Source: Calditrichia bacterium
GTDB lineage: Bacteria > Calditrichota > Calditrichia > RBG-13-44-9 > J075
Assembly (NCBI GenBank): GCA_050633245.1
Contig: JBOEGD010000014.1
Location: forward strand, 189,860-235,952
Direction of reading: 5' to 3'
Length of the DNA: 46,093 nucleotides
Of this stretch, positions 1 through 7,782 are shown in pieces. Numbering within the stretch: position 1 is the stretch's first letter; the number at the start of each line of letters is the position of its first letter. Below the pieces are notes generated by a model. It was not told the origin of the DNA. It searched no databases and was given only the letters and a program-made list of their open reading frames with translations. The position numbers and the translations under genes are program-made.

Positions 1-225
1 ATTCATTCGTTGTACTCTGTTAAAAAATGGCTTACATACAATTTAAAATTCCGAAAAACGAACTTACCTTTTGCAACGTGCCTATTTTCCACTCTCTGTG
101 CTCTGTGCTCTATATTAAGTGCGGAGTGAACAGGCCTAACCCCGATACAAACTCACAATCGACTATAAAACTCGGCAATCAATGGCAATTATGCTGAGGC
201 TATAAAAACGCTTGATAATGCGGAC

Positions 226-334
226 ATCTGCCTCTTGCTATCTGACAATAGCCCAGTTATATTTTCCAACCAACAAAGTTCAAGTTTAGCAGACAGTCCC
301 AATAAGCGCATTGCGGATATTGGGACTGTTGTGC
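226..334 (+). repeat. Repeat A copy 1: sigma70-type promoter, hairpin and GTT junction (Pc/att-like module)
   Basis: TTGCTA (235-240), 17 nt, TATATT (258-263). 12-bp inverted repeat ACAGTCCCAATA..TATTGGGACTGT (293-329) running into GTTGTGC (328-334). Aligns without gaps to 3796-3870 at 53/75 identities. Confidence 0.75.
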
Positions 335-392
335 TTTATGCTAAGAAAAATGATAGCGCCAATAACAAACATTAACATAAGAGACAGAGTTT

Positions 393-1802
393 ATGCTTTT
401 TAACTCAATTGATTTTGCAATTTTCTTGCCGATAGTTTTTATACTTTATTGGTTCGCGACCAACAAAAACTTGAAGCTTCAAAACGTTCTAATCGTTGCA
501 GCAAGTTATTTATTTTACGGTTGGTGGGACTGGAGATTTTTATCGCTGATTTTATTCAGCACCATCATTGACTATACTGTCGGCCTAAAACTAAAAACAG
601 AAGAAAATCCGGGAAAAAGGAAATTTTTACTTTGGACAAGTATTTTAGTAAACCTTGGATTTTTGGGATTCTTCAAATATTACAACTTCTTCTTAGATAG
701 CTTCATAAACGCTTTTTCATTATTTGGGACTGAAATACAAGCAAACTCGCTGAACATTATTTTGCCCGTAGGAATAAGCTTTTATACTTTCCAGACATTA
801 AGCTACTCAATTGATGTTTATAAACGAAAACTTGAACCGACCAAAGATTTTATTGCCTTTGCTGCATTCGTAAGCTTTTTTCCGCAATTAGTTGCCGGCC
901 CAATTGAAAGGGCAAAAAATTTACTACCTCAGTTTTATGTGAAACGCACTTTCGCTTATAATCTCTTTTCCGGAGGAGTGAAATTAATAATTGTTGGGTT
1001 TTTCATGAAGTTAGTTGTAGCAGATAGAGCAGCTATTTACGTAGACGCTGTTTATAATAATGTCAACAATCATGCTGGCTTATCTTTTATAGCAGCAACA
1101 GTTCTTTTTGCATTTCAAATTTATGGTGATTTTGCAGGTTATTCGTTAATTGCAATTGGCACGGCACGCCTGTTCGGTTTCAAGCTGATGACAAATTTCA
1201 ACAGACCATATTTTGCAACCTCTATTGGTGATTTTTGGAAGCGCTGGCATATTTCCTTATCAACATGGTTTAGAGATTATTTGTACATTCCACTTGGCGG
1301 AAATAGAGTAGTTTATCCAAGATGGTTATTCAATATCTTTATTACTTTTCTTGTCAGTGGATTATGGCATGGTGCAAATTGGACTTTTGTTATCTGGGGT
1401 GCTTTAAACGGGTTTTATTTAATTATAGAAGCGGTATTGATTAAGAATGCTAAAAAAAATATAGTAAATGTGTTTACAACCTTCGTTTTAATATGTTTTT
1501 CATGGATTTTTTTTAGAGCAAACAATGTTAATGAAGCCTTCTATATTGTAAAAACTATTCTCACCAATCCGGGTAGACTATATATTCCCAGTGGTCCAGA
1601 TGTTGTTGTGCCAGTATATGCCGCAATCGCTATAACTCTTCTTTTTTTCACAGAGATAAAAAAGGAATACTTTAATAACGCATTTACACTTGGTGAAAAT
1701 AGATATGCCATTGTAAGGTGGGCCTTTTATAGCGGTATAATCTTTATGATTTTATACATGGGTGTATTCAATTCGAGTCAGTTTATTTATTTTCAATTCT
1801 AA
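393..1802 (+). CDS. MBOAT family O-acyltransferase (AlgI/DltB/PatA-like)
   Basis: 469 aa polytopic membrane protein with MLFNS start and LPVGISFYTFQ, FFPQLVAGPIER, NFNRPY, FWKRWHISLS and SGLWHGA (catalytic His) motifs. Confidence 0.93.
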   Translation: MLFNSIDFAIFLPIVFILYWFATNKNLKLQNVLIVAASYLFYGWWDWRFLSLILFSTIIDYTVGLKLKTEENPGKRKFLLWTSILVNLGFLGFFKYYNFFLDSFINAFSLFGTEIQANSLNIILPVGISFYTFQTLSYSIDVYKRKLEPTKDFIAFAAFVSFFPQLVAGPIERAKNLLPQFYVKRTFAYNLFSGGVKLIIVGFFMKLVVADRAAIYVDAVYNNVNNHAGLSFIAATVLFAFQIYGDFAGYSLIAIGTARLFGFKLMTNFNRPYFATSIGDFWKRWHISLSTWFRDYLYIPLGGNRVVYPRWLFNIFITFLVSGLWHGANWTFVIWGALNGFYLIIEAVLIKNAKKNIVNVFTTFVLICFSWIFFRANNVNEAFYIVKTILTNPGRLYIPSGPDVVVPVYAAIAITLLFFTEIKKEYFNNAFTLGENRYAIVRWAFYSGIIFMILYMGVFNSSQFIYFQF

Positions 1803-1806
1803 TGGT

Positions 1807-2778
1807 ATGAGATACAGTATGACAGAAAAAAGTGAATTTAAAACACTATTTATAAAGTCATTTCAATTTCTTTTAATCTTTATTCTAATTGAGTTATCCC
1901 TTGGCTTTATAGCAAAAGAAATTTTCTTTTCTCAGAAAACAGGGAAATATGCAAGACTAACGCATTCTATTAAGACAGATCGTTCTGAACTCTTGATTAT
2001 GGGAAGCTCACGTGCGAATAGGCATTATGTGCCTGATATCCTGGAAAAAGAACTAAAAATGACTTGTTATAACGCTGGCGTTCAAGGTCAATATCTTATT
2101 TTTCATACCGCCTTGCAAAAAATGATTTTAAAAAGGCATAAACCTAAACATATAATCTTAAATATTGACGAAGGTTGGTTGTATGAATCGGAAGAATCAT
2201 ACAAAAGACTTGCAGATTTACAACCATATTACTCGGATTTCGAAACGGAATTGAAACCGATACTAACATTAGATTCAAAGTTCAACACGTATAAATTATT
2301 GTTTAGTTCGTATCAAACAAACTCGACGTTAGCTCATTCGGTAAAATACTTTTTTCTACCTCAACAAGACTATAAAGGGTACAGACCTTTATTTATAAAA
2401 ATGAAAAAGCCTCTGCCTCGAAAAACAAAGCCTATTAATTCCCAAATGATAAAAGAAGACATACAAAAAATTGACACAACTTTCGTCAGGATGTTTGAAG
2501 AATTCATAAATAATGCTAAAACAAATAATGTCAATTTAATTTTTACTATATCCCCTCATCTGAAGCAAGCTAATGCCTTAAAGGTAAATAAATCATTAGA
2601 TTTGATGAAGTCTATGGCTGTAGAACAAGGGATACCTTTGATTGATTTCTCGGATGACAAAACTTTCATTGAACAATATCATTTGTTTTATGACCCTCTT
2701 CATTTAAATAATGATGGGGCAACTATATTTTCCAAATTATTAGCTGATACATTAAAAGTTAAAATTGAATTGCTTTAA
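1807..2778 (+). CDS. SGNH-like partner acyltransferase/esterase (AlgJ/DltD-like), membrane anchored
   Basis: N-terminal TM helix, MGSSR block I, YNAG and C-terminal FYDPLHLN (DxxH). Directly follows the MBOAT gene, the usual pairing. Confidence 0.8.
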   Translation: MRYSMTEKSEFKTLFIKSFQFLLIFILIELSLGFIAKEIFFSQKTGKYARLTHSIKTDRSELLIMGSSRANRHYVPDILEKELKMTCYNAGVQGQYLIFHTALQKMILKRHKPKHIILNIDEGWLYESEESYKRLADLQPYYSDFETELKPILTLDSKFNTYKLLFSSYQTNSTLAHSVKYFFLPQQDYKGYRPLFIKMKKPLPRKTKPINSQMIKEDIQKIDTTFVRMFEEFINNAKTNNVNLIFTISPHLKQANALKVNKSLDLMKSMAVEQGIPLIDFSDDKTFIEQYHLFYDPLHLNNDGATIFSKLLADTLKVKIELL

Positions 2779-2799
2779 ATTTTAATAAACGGCCCATTG

Positions 2800-3561
2800 A
2801 TGAAAACGAAAGTATTTATTAGCTACGCAAAAGAGGATTTAAACACTGCTTTACGACTTTACAGGGATTTGGCAAATAATAACATAGATATTTGGTTTGA
2901 TGAAGTTTCACTCCTTGGAGGGCAACGTTGGAAACCCAAGATAACTGAAGCAATTAAGGAAAGTGACTTTTTCTTTGCTCTACTTTCAAAAAACTCTGTA
3001 GATAAAAGAGGATATGTTCAAAAGGAACTTAAAATAGCTTTAGAAGTTCTTGATGAAATTCCTGAAGCAGGAAGATTTATAGTTCCAATTTGTATTTCTG
3101 AATGCAACCCCTCAAATCAAAAATTAAACGAGTTGCATCGAATAAACATTTATGAAAATTGGGATGAAGGGTTAAGAAAGATTTTAAAAACGATTGGGTT
3201 TGATTTAAAATCAATGACTAGTAACTACAAAATTCCTCTTGAAGAGTTTTTCCCCAATGAATCTTTATCTGAATTTAATTATAAACTTTCTAATTCTTTT
3301 TCGGATTCAATATTTATAAACCAATTAATCATATATCTACAACAACACTTTGATTACTGTAGAGAATGTGCAAAAACATTTTATTCAACGTCAAAAGATG
3401 TAGCCAACCATATCATTTTAAGATTTGATGATTTTAAGCAAAACGAATTCAATAAACTTGAGAGCACTCTTTTAGAAAAACTAATATTTGAGGAGCCTTA
3501 CAAGGATAATTATTGTCATACCTGCTGGACATATAGCATAAATAACAATGCTACTGATTAA
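2800..3561 (+). CDS. TIR domain protein (TIR_2-like) with a C-terminal double-CxxC domain
   Basis: KVFISYAKED, IWFD, LLSKNS, YVQKEL (catalytic Glu position) and IVPI. The C-terminus has CREC and CHTC. Confidence 0.88.
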   Translation: MKTKVFISYAKEDLNTALRLYRDLANNNIDIWFDEVSLLGGQRWKPKITEAIKESDFFFALLSKNSVDKRGYVQKELKIALEVLDEIPEAGRFIVPICISECNPSNQKLNELHRINIYENWDEGLRKILKTIGFDLKSMTSNYKIPLEEFFPNESLSEFNYKLSNSFSDSIFINQLIIYLQQHFDYCRECAKTFYSTSKDVANHIILRFDDFKQNEFNKLESTLLEKLIFEEPYKDNYCHTCWTYSINNNATD

Positions 3562-3656
3562 ATTTTTCGTTTTTAATTCTTAAGGAAATAAATTACAACT
3601 TAACTTGATCTCTATCAAACTGGGGAATCTCAAAACCTCCCTCGCCCAATAAACTC

Positions 3657-3675
3657 ATGCAGCAATCTGCTGCAT
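3657..3675. promoter_or_regulatory. 8-bp inverted repeat, possible operator or small hairpin
   Basis: ATGCAGCA-atc-TGCTGCAT, immediately upstream of repeat B copy 1. Confidence 0.3.
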
Positions 3676-3743
3676 CCACCTCTTAGCCATTTATATTTTC
3701 CAACTCAGCCCAAAGTGTAACAAATACTCCGGTAATCCAACTA
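3672..3743 (+). repeat. Repeat B copy 1: ECF-sigma-like promoter module with no gene directly behind it
   Basis: TATTTTCCAA-CTCAGCCCA..GTGTAAC shared with 4613-4684. TGTAAC (3716-3721), 16 nt, CAACTA. Confidence 0.6.
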
Positions 3744-3795
3744 CACACAAACAGCCAAGAAACTATCTGCATTTTTTGAAATGCTTTTTGCTGCT

Positions 3796-3905
3796 ATCGG
3801 CCTCTTGCTTTCCCACAACAGGCCTTTTATATTTCACTGCAAATACGGTTCAAATTTAATAAGAAGTCCCAAATGCGCAGTTGCAGTTATTAGGAAGTGT
3901 CAGGC
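3796..3905 (+). repeat. Repeat A copy 2 (degenerate hairpin)
   Basis: TTGCTT (3805-3810), 17 nt, TATATT (3828-3833). AGTCCCAA..TATTAGGA hairpin remnant, ending at GTCAGGC (3899-3905). Confidence 0.75.
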
Positions 3906-3944
3906 GCAATTACAAACAATCAACGAAAGAATATTGCCATATAT

Positions 3945-4544
3945 ATGAACCCTAAAGTTATCGCAGCAACAATAATTCGCCTTAGCAATGAAGACGAACA
4001 GCTTAGAAGCGAGCTCATAAAAACGGGTGAACTTTCCAATGGCTATAATGAAAGAATGGAGGCCTTGCATACCAGAAATGCAAAAGAACTAGACCAAATA
4101 ATTGATACCATTGGATACCCTACAATAGGCAACGTCGGCAAAGAGGCAAGCTAGGCAGCCTGGTTGATTATACAACATTCTATCAGTCAACCGGCTTTCA
4201 TGAAAAAGTGTGTGGCGCTATTAGAAGAGGCCGTGAATAATAATATGGCGAACCCAATAAATTTGGCTTATTTGGCGGATCGAATAGCGGTTTTCGAGGG
4301 AAAAGCTCAGCGTTATGGCACTCAATTCGATTGGGATAAAGATGGAGAATTGAGTCCGAACCTATATGACGACTTGAACAAAGTGAATCAGAGAAGAAAG
4401 TCTGTTGGACTGAACACACTTGAAGAGCAGATTCAACTTATAAGAGAACAAGCTAAAAGCGAGAACCAATTGCCACCGAAAGATTCTGAGCAAAGAAAAC
4501 GAGAGTACGACGCCTGGAGAAAATCAGTTGGTTGGATAAAATAA
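3945..4544 (+). pseudogene. DUF6624-like protein interrupted by an in-frame TAG at 4152-4154
   Basis: ORFs 3897-4154 and 4164-4544 share a frame. Readthrough gives ...IGYPTIGNVGKEAS*AAWLIIQHS...LAYLADRI...QRYGTQF...VNQRRKSVGL, a continuous DUF6624-type signature. Confidence 0.8.
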
Positions 4545-4612
4545 GAACGGTTCCACTAACACAGTTATGCGTCAGCAAACTCACCACATATAACGTCTCT
4601 TTAGTCAGCTTG

Positions 4613-4684
4613 GCAGCCTCCTTCACCCCTATTTATTTTCCAAACTCAGCCCAGTGTGTAACTAATCCCTCCCGCAAACCGTAA
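4613..4684 (+). promoter_or_regulatory. Repeat B copy 2: ECF-sigma-like promoter of the serine hydrolase gene
   Basis: TGTAAC (4657-4662), 17 nt, CGTAA (4680-4684). Homologous to 3672-3743. Confidence 0.55.
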
Positions 4685-4717
4685 TTGTGGAGATCGCAAC
4701 TATCAGGGGGAAAATCC

Positions 4718-6172
4718 ATGTTCAAAAGCGTTACATATGTACTTTTCACATTATCCATTCTTTCTTGCACTGAGCCTGGCAATGTTGCTAATGACTCAGA
4801 CTACTACCGCAGCCCAGCCGATTCTGTCCACGCCGGAAATGTAGTAAGCAATATGATTCCGATGTACTCCGTTGCCGGCAAGGTTAACAGAATGACCATT
4901 CCGGAGATGATGAAGCGGGATAACATTCCGGGCTTGAGCATCGCTTTTGTAGACAGTGGAAAAATAGCATGGACAAAGCATTATGGCTATGCAAGTCTGG
5001 AGGATTCAATACCGATAAATTCGGAAACCGTATTTACCGGAGCCTCATTAAGCAAACCCATAGCAGCAATTGCCGCGCTAAGCCTGGTCGAAAAAGGTCT
5101 GCTGAATCTGGATGAAGATGTGAACCTAAAGTTGAAGGAATGGAAAGTTCCTGAGACCGAATTGACCAAGACTGAGAAGGTCACGCTGCGAAGACTGATT
5201 GGCCACAGTGCAGGAATAAAGAATGATTTATGGAGCAGTTATTTACCACATGAAGAGGTGCCGACGCTCAATCAGATGCTGGCAGGAGAAAAGCCTTCTG
5301 TAGATCCTGCAACATCGGTGATCTTTGAACCGGGAAGCAGAACGAAATACTCCAATCCCGGTTATTCCATTATTCAAAAACTGCTGATGGATGTGAGCGA
5401 CGAAGGGTTTAATCCTATTATCGACAGATTTGTTTTCGAACCCGCCGGAATGGAAAATTCCTCCTTCAATCAACCGATCCCCGATCACCTGATGAAAAGA
5501 AGAGCGGTGGGTTACAAGAAAGACCTGACGCCATACCCATATCGACTGTTTCCCTACCTGGCGGCCGGCGGCATTTGGACAACCCCTTCAGATTTAGCAA
5601 AATTTATGATCACACTACTAAATGATTATCATAATGGAACGAATACGCTTATCTCCAAAGAAATGGCTGAAACGGTATTCAGGAAAGGTATAAGACGATA
5701 TGCTTTTACCTTATGGAATTGGGGAGATGATATTGTTTTTCAACATTTCGGGAGTAATCAGGGATTCAACTGTTTTATGTATGGGTCTATCGACAAGAAT
5801 CAAGGCATTATCGTCATGACCAATAGCGATAACAGCTTTGGACTGTTCGATTATATACAGCGGGCGGTTAACAGTGAATATCAATGGGAATATGTGAAGC
5901 CGCAAATACTGGACAAAATACCTGCGAATATAAGCTGGGTGAAGCCGTTTTTAGGAGAATATAATTGGAGAGGCAACCAGACAATATTTATCAAAAAAGA
6001 CAACAATTTAGCATTGCAAATTGACGATAAGACGTATGACCTGACTCAAACCGGAGAGCGCATTTTTGTACTTGCTGAAATCCCCTTAAAAATAACCTTC
6101 CCCAAAAGTGTGGATGCTCCGATTACTATTTGGGAATCAGATGGTTACCCATATCGCACAAAAAAAGAGTAA
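4718..6172 (+). CDS. Serine hydrolase, beta-lactamase/AmpC-like fold, probable lipoprotein
   Basis: SLSK (SxxK), YSN, LIGHSAG and HFGS motifs. Lipobox ILSC. AGGGGG RBS before ATG 4718. Confidence 0.9.
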   Translation: MFKSVTYVLFTLSILSCTEPGNVANDSDYYRSPADSVHAGNVVSNMIPMYSVAGKVNRMTIPEMMKRDNIPGLSIAFVDSGKIAWTKHYGYASLEDSIPINSETVFTGASLSKPIAAIAALSLVEKGLLNLDEDVNLKLKEWKVPETELTKTEKVTLRRLIGHSAGIKNDLWSSYLPHEEVPTLNQMLAGEKPSVDPATSVIFEPGSRTKYSNPGYSIIQKLLMDVSDEGFNPIIDRFVFEPAGMENSSFNQPIPDHLMKRRAVGYKKDLTPYPYRLFPYLAAGGIWTTPSDLAKFMITLLNDYHNGTNTLISKEMAETVFRKGIRRYAFTLWNWGDDIVFQHFGSNQGFNCFMYGSIDKNQGIIVMTNSDNSFGLFDYIQRAVNSEYQWEYVKPQILDKIPANISWVKPFLGEYNWRGNQTIFIKKDNNLALQIDDKTYDLTQTGERIFVLAEIPLKITFPKSVDAPITIWESDGYPYRTKKE

Positions 6173-6183
6173 TTGAAAACAAC

Positions 6184-6232
6184 CACCAACATTGCGTATG
6201 ATATATTCAAATACATTTCATATATGTTGGCT
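6184..6232. mobile_element. Compact attC-like hairpin between two cassette-like genes
   Basis: CACCAAC (R''-like) to GTTGGCT (R'-like). CCAACAT/ATGTTGG and TATGA/TCATA arms separated by an asymmetric unpaired spacer. Confidence 0.55.
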
Positions 6233-6255
6233 GCAATTACACCCAGGGGGAACCT

Positions 6256-6696
6256 ATGATTAACCGATTAACGTTTTCCATTGAAATCAATGCTGACAAA
6301 AATACGATTTGGAAAGCACTCTGGGACGAAAAGTCCTATCGTGATTGGAGCGGTGTTTTCTTTGAAGGGTCCTATGCTGTCGCTGAGAATTGGGAAGAAG
6401 GTAGTATTATCCATTTTCTTGCTCCTGATCATAGTGGTATCTACAGCATGATCGAGAAACACATTCCTGATAAAACCATACAGTTTAAGCATATTGGGAA
6501 TGTAGTGGCGGGGAAAGAGCAACCGGTTGATGATGAAGCAAAAAAATGGTCTGGAGCCACAGAAATGTATTCCGTTTCCGAAGGAACAGATACGAACATA
6601 CTTACGGTTGAGATAGATGTTCTCGATGAACATGTGGAATTTATGACCAACACATTTCCCAAAGCACTGGAGAAGATAAAGAGCAACTGTGGCTAA
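6256..6696 (+). CDS. SRPBCC/AHSA1 domain protein
   Basis: 146 aa with FSIEINA..IWKALWD..YRDW, NWEEGSIIHF and a C-terminal helix FPKALEKIK. Confidence 0.85.
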   Translation: MINRLTFSIEINADKNTIWKALWDEKSYRDWSGVFFEGSYAVAENWEEGSIIHFLAPDHSGIYSMIEKHIPDKTIQFKHIGNVVAGKEQPVDDEAKKWSGATEMYSVSEGTDTNILTVEIDVLDEHVEFMTNTFPKALEKIKSNCG

Positions 6697-6742
6697 GTAA
6701 GTAGTGAGACAAAGTTAAGTTTAAACCAATGAAAGTATAAAT

Positions 6743-7120
6743 ATGGAATTTAGAAGCGCAAGACATACCGACAACCTTAAATCCGTAACGGACTTTTACA
6801 CCAATATTCTGGGATTAAAGGTTTTATTCTCCTTTGAAGATCACAACGACTATAGCGGCGCTTTCATCGGTAAACCAGATCATAGCTGGCATCTTGAGTT
6901 TACATCCTCCAGAACAAAGGCCGAACATACATTCGATGCCGAAGATTTGTTGGTTTTTTATCCAACCGAGAAAACTGAATACGATAAAATCATCGAAAGC
7001 ATTGAGGCGAGCGGCCTTGAAAGATTGAAGCCGAAAAATCCATTTTGGGTTGAAAATGGAGTGCTGATTCAGGACCCCGATGGATTTGGCGTTATTGTAA
7101 GCCATCTGAAGGCAAAATAG
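6743..7120 (+). CDS. VOC/glyoxalase family protein (YycE-like)
   Basis: RSARHT..FYTNILGL, WHLEFT, DLLVFY, NPFW and QDPDGF motifs. Confidence 0.88.
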   Translation: MEFRSARHTDNLKSVTDFYTNILGLKVLFSFEDHNDYSGAFIGKPDHSWHLEFTSSRTKAEHTFDAEDLLVFYPTEKTEYDKIIESIEASGLERLKPKNPFWVENGVLIQDPDGFGVIVSHLKAK

Positions 7121-7175
7121 TCTGGGCATAACCCAACAAGGCTTCCCCCCACAACCTGGATTCCACAAATGAAAC

Positions 7176-7724
7176 ATGAAAACAATGAATAAGAAAAACA
7201 GTGTATTTATAGCGACAAGTTTAGACGGTTATATCGCGGATAAAAATGGTAGTATCGATTGGCTTCATTCCATACCAAATTCCGATCATGATGATATGGG
7301 ATATGTTGAATTCACCAAGGATATCGACGCTCTGGTTATGGGACGAACCACTTTTGAAACAGTATGCGGATTCGATGTTGATTGGCCATATGACAAACCG
7401 GTATTCGTATTGAGCAATACACTAAAAGAAATACCTGAGAGTCACAAAGGCAAAGCATTTTTAGTCAAAGGGAGACTAACAGAAGTCCTGAATCAGATTT
7501 ATGAAAAAGGCTTTCATAAACTTTACATCGATGGTGGAACAACAATACGAAATTTTCTAAAAGCTGATTTAATTGATGAAATGATAATCACGACCATTCC
7601 TATTTTATTGGGTGGTGGCTCGCCATTGTTTTCTGAACTGCCTAAGGAACTAAAGTTTGAATTGACTAAGGCTAGAACATATTTGGATCAGATTACGCAG
7701 AGTCATTACAAGCGAAGTCGATAA
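7176..7724 (+). CDS. Dihydrofolate reductase family / RibD C-terminal domain protein
   Basis: FIATSLDGYIA, VMGRTTFE, YIDGG, LIDEMII and PILLGGGSPLF motifs. Confidence 0.9.
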   Translation: MKTMNKKNSVFIATSLDGYIADKNGSIDWLHSIPNSDHDDMGYVEFTKDIDALVMGRTTFETVCGFDVDWPYDKPVFVLSNTLKEIPESHKGKAFLVKGRLTEVLNQIYEKGFHKLYIDGGTTIRNFLKADLIDEMIITTIPILLGGGSPLFSELPKELKFELTKARTYLDQITQSHYKRSR

Positions 7725-7782
7725 AAAACAATATGTCAACAATGGCTTCACATAAACAAACATAGGATACTCAAATAGAATA

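Noticed and set aside
4152-4154. Genetic-code reassignment or pyrrolysine at TAG
   Set aside because: TAG is the natural stop of several genes here (7120, 9872, 16431, 21025, 31308), and no pyl genes are seen.
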